Shown: one piece after another, positions 61,286-64,000 of the stretch
How positions within the stretch are numbered: the stretch's first letter is position 1
How the letters are laid out: each line of letters begins with the position of its first letter
Source: Pseudomonadota bacterium
Lineage (GTDB): Bacteria > Campylobacterota > Campylobacteria > Campylobacterales > Sulfurimonadaceae
DNA: 64,000 nucleotides
Reading direction: 5' to 3'
NCBI GenBank assembly: GCA_043797085.1
Contig: JAZDQA010000014.1
Location: forward strand, 105,235-169,234
Made by a program: the position numbers and the translations under genes
Notes under the pieces: model-generated
What the model saw: only the letters and a program-made list of their open reading frames with translations
Told to the model about the DNA's origin: nothing
The model's database searches: none

Positions 61286-61966
61286 TTGTCTAAACGTATT
61301 TTTATTAGCGCTACCAATACCGATATCGGTAAAACTTATACTACCCTTCAGTTGCTCGATGCCTATACCCAGATGGGTTACCGTGTCGGAGTTTACAAAC
61401 CGATCGAAACGGGTGTGAACGGCTTACCCGCCGATGGGAGCTTGCTCTTAAAACACGCGTCAGCTCTCAACCCAGCCCTTAAATCTTTGAAGGTTGGAGA
61501 TATAGTAAGCTTGGCACTACCTCTTCCGGCTGCACCCTATATTGCCAATAAAGCGGCAAAAATTGATTTACAAATTTTTGATAAAGCGTTGGAAAAAATT
61601 GAAAAACTTTGTGACATTGTCATTATCGAAGGAGCTGGCGGACTTATGGTGCCGTTGGATGAGAAGCTTATGATGCATGATTTAGCGACACATTTCAATG
61701 CGACAACCCTTCTTGTCACACATTGTCATTTAGGATGCATCAATGATACATTACTTAGTTTAGAGAGATTAAAACAGTTGAATATTCCTCATTTATGGAC
61801 ATTTAATTGCCGTCAAAATGATGAAAGTTTTAAACACACTTCTCTCCCATATTTTAAAAATCATTTTGAACCGCTTTATTTTTTAGGTCATAATACGCAG
61901 GTCTTAGCTCAAGCATTATTGGATAAAATAAATTCAAATATCAAGGAAAGCACATGCGACATCTAA
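61286..61966 (+). CDS. bioD: Dethiobiotin synthase
   Basis: [26 protein letters not shown]. Confidence 0.94.
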   Translation: MSKRIFISATNTDIGKTYTTLQLLDAYTQMGYRVGVYKPIETGVNGLPADGSLLLKHASALNPALKSLKVGDIVSLALPLPAAPYIANKAAKIDLQIFDKALEKIEKLCDIVIIEGAGGLMVPLDEKLMMHDLATHFNATTLLVTHCHLGCINDTLLSLERLKQLNIPHLWTFNCRQNDESFKHTSLPYFKNHFEPLYFLGHNTQVLAQALLDKINSNIKESTCDI

Positions 61967-62823
61967 TCCGAACTGATGACTTTTCAATCGATCAAATTAA
62001 TAGCGTATTGGAAGATGCATCTCATTTTAGTGATGGGCACTTTGACCCTATCTTACGAGAAAAAATCATCATCACTCTCTTTTTTGAAAATTCTACCCGC
62101 ACCAAAAGCTCATTTGAAATCGCCGCTAAACGCCTCGGAGCCGAAGTGGTTCATCTCGATGTTCAAAAAAGCTCTACCCAAAAAGGGGAGAGCCTCGTCG
62201 ATACCGCGCTCAACCTCGATGCTATGGGTCCTCACGCGATGATTGTCCGTCATGCCCATGCCGGAGTCCCAAATATTCTAGCAGAACACACCAAAGCCTC
62301 TATTATTAATGCAGGTGACGGGGCTCATGCTCATCCCACCCAAGCACTCCTTGATCTTTATACTCTTAAGCACCATTTTGGTGATCTAAAAGGGAAAAAA
62401 TTAGCCATTGTCGGTGACATCAAAAACTCACGCGTTGCCAACAGTAATATTGAATTGTTAAGACGATTCGGGATGGAGATTACCCTCGTAGCACCTCCAC
62501 ATTTTCTCCCTTCAACTTCACTTCAAACAACACATAATATTCATGATATTATCGATAAAGTAGATGCTATCATGAGCTTACGTACCCAAACCGAACGTCA
62601 TTCACATCAAACGTATGGATCACTCAAAGATTATGCCAGTGATTTTTGTATCACCAAAGAGCTTATCGGAAAACGTGATATTATACTTTTGCATCCAGGA
62701 CCCGTTCACCGAAATATCGATATTGATGATGCAATGCTAAAAGATCCGCGATGTAAAGTTCTTGAACAAGTAAAAAATGGTGTATCGATCCGTATGGCTG
62801 TATTAAAAGCTCTTATTGCCTAA
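61954..62823 (+). CDS. pyrB: Aspartate carbamoyltransferase catalytic subunit
   Basis: [20 protein letters not shown]. Confidence 0.96.
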   Translation: MRHLIRTDDFSIDQINSVLEDASHFSDGHFDPILREKIIITLFFENSTRTKSSFEIAAKRLGAEVVHLDVQKSSTQKGESLVDTALNLDAMGPHAMIVRHAHAGVPNILAEHTKASIINAGDGAHAHPTQALLDLYTLKHHFGDLKGKKLAIVGDIKNSRVANSNIELLRRFGMEITLVAPPHFLPSTSLQTTHNIHDIIDKVDAIMSLRTQTERHSHQTYGSLKDYASDFCITKELIGKRDIILLHPGPVHRNIDIDDAMLKDPRCKVLEQVKNGVSIRMAVLKALIA

Positions 62824-63758
62824 TGTTTGATCGTCTTAGCGAACTCGTATTGTCTGGAGTTCCTTGTTTTTTTTATACCAATTTTAAAGGTGAAATCCTC
62901 CATTGCTACGCATTGGATGAGTTAAAAAATCATGATATAGAATTTAGTTTTAATGAAGTAAAGCTAAGTCAAAATTCTCCCCATAAACCTCTCAATTTCC
63001 CACTATCAAAAGAGCTATACGAGAATAAATTCAAAGCCGTACAAGAGCATATACGTGCAGGAAACACCTATTTACTCAACCTAACACAGCCAACGCCCAT
63101 AGAGACCCCATATTCGTTGCAACAGATATATACAATGGCTTACGCACCGTATAAGCTTAGAATCAAAAATCAATTTGTTTGCTTTTCACCCGAACCCTTC
63201 ATTACCATCGAAAACAATACAATAAATACCTATCCAATGAAAGGGACTATCGATGCATCTCTTCCTAATGCGATTGAAACTATCTTAGCAGATTCGAAAG
63301 AGCTTGCGGAACACACCATGATTGTCGATCTTTTGCGTAATGATTTGGGAATTGTCGCAACAAACATACAAGTAGAAGAATTCCGCACGATTAGCACCAT
63401 TAACACAGGAAAAAAACAACTCCATCAAGTAAGTTCTCATATCAGCGGAAAATTACCGTTAAACTGGCGCAAAGAAATTGCTAAACTCCTCAAATCATTA
63501 CTGCCAGCAGGAAGTATCAGCGGAACCCCGAAAAAAAGAACCATTGAGATAATAGAAGAAATAGAAGAGTATGAACGAGACTATTTTACGGGGGTTTTTG
63601 GTCATTATGACGGAGAAAACCTCTACAGTGCCGTAGCGATCCGTTTTATCGAAAATATTGATGGAAAGTTGGTCTATAAAAGTGGTGGTGGGATTACGGC
63701 TGAAAGTGATTGCTGCAAAGAATATCAAGAGATGCTAGATAAGATATATATCCCATAA
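62823..63758 (+). CDS. pabB: Aminodeoxychorismate synthase component I (short form)
   Basis: FSPE, PMKGT, EHTMIVDLLRND, GSISGTPK, SGGGIT. Confidence 0.9.
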   Translation: MFDRLSELVLSGVPCFFYTNFKGEILHCYALDELKNHDIEFSFNEVKLSQNSPHKPLNFPLSKELYENKFKAVQEHIRAGNTYLLNLTQPTPIETPYSLQQIYTMAYAPYKLRIKNQFVCFSPEPFITIENNTINTYPMKGTIDASLPNAIETILADSKELAEHTMIVDLLRNDLGIVATNIQVEEFRTISTINTGKKQLHQVSSHISGKLPLNWRKEIAKLLKSLLPAGSISGTPKKRTIEIIEEIEEYERDYFTGVFGHYDGENLYSAVAIRFIENIDGKLVYKSGGGITAESDCCKEYQEMLDKIYIP

Positions 63759-63882
63759 AGAAATGAGAAAGTAAAAAAGACTAAAGCTCATAAAAAGGAG
63801 TTGGATATAAAGGGTATATTGACAAATAAAAAGGTGAGATAAAAGATTGATTGTAGAAAAAAGAAGAAGGATTAAATCCGAG

Positions 63883-63999
63883 GCCAGGCGGCGACCTACG
63901 TTTCCACACCTGAAAGATGCAGTATTATGAGCGAAGAGGGTCTTAGCTTCCGGGTTCGGAATGGGACCGGGCGTTTCCCCCTCTCTATAGCCACCTGAA
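63883..63999 (-). rRNA. rrf: 5S ribosomal RNA
   Basis: Minus strand TTCAGGTGGCTATAG...CCCATTCCGAACCCGGAAGCTAAG...GTAGGTCGCCGCCTGG; terminal helix pairs; ends approximate. Confidence 0.93.
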
Positions 64000-64000
64000 C

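Noticed and set aside
63759..63882. Purine-rich tract after pabB
   Set aside because: It is the pyrimidine-rich trailer downstream of the convergent 5S rRNA, with no ORF or repeat unit
1..64000. CRISPR array or recognisable defence-system genes
   Set aside because: No repeat-spacer periodicity and no cas, restriction-modification or toxin-antitoxin genes recognised by eye

Overview
Chromosomal window from a Campylobacterota (Epsilonproteobacteria) bacterium, most plausibly Sulfuricurvum/Sulfurimonas-like. This is inferred from gene order (serS-pflB; cheY-prmA-ftsH-psd-like-pssA; hisC-fliFGH-dxs; clpS-clpA-aat-tal) and the dimeric dUTPase. Most of it is housekeeping genes, and it ends in a 5S rRNA. 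The main accessory feature is a 5374-bp integrative element in the 3' end of tRNA-Pro(GGG), bounded by 56-bp direct repeats (36320-36375 and 41694-41749). It encodes a tyrosine integrase, an excisionase-like protein, an HTH protein missing from the ORF track, a Hin/Pin-like serine recombinase with a hix/res-like site, a Rep_trans-like initiator, a lipoprotein, and an outer-membrane beta-barrel with a DUF3761-like Cys/His insert. Its cis elements can be read directly: three palindromic operators at exact 31-bp spacing, arm-type repeats at both ends, and a 15-bp motif shared by the att arm and the integrase promoter. Other notable items are a DUF2946-like CxxC/RSPP leader ORF before a TonB-dependent receptor, an OvoA lacking its methyltransferase domain in an operon with a C-S lyase, tandem cytochromes c with a C-terminal Cys and a conserved promoter motif, an HspR HAIR operator, and a three-hairpin element between metY-like and bioD. 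All calls come from motif reading and recall; no database searches were run.
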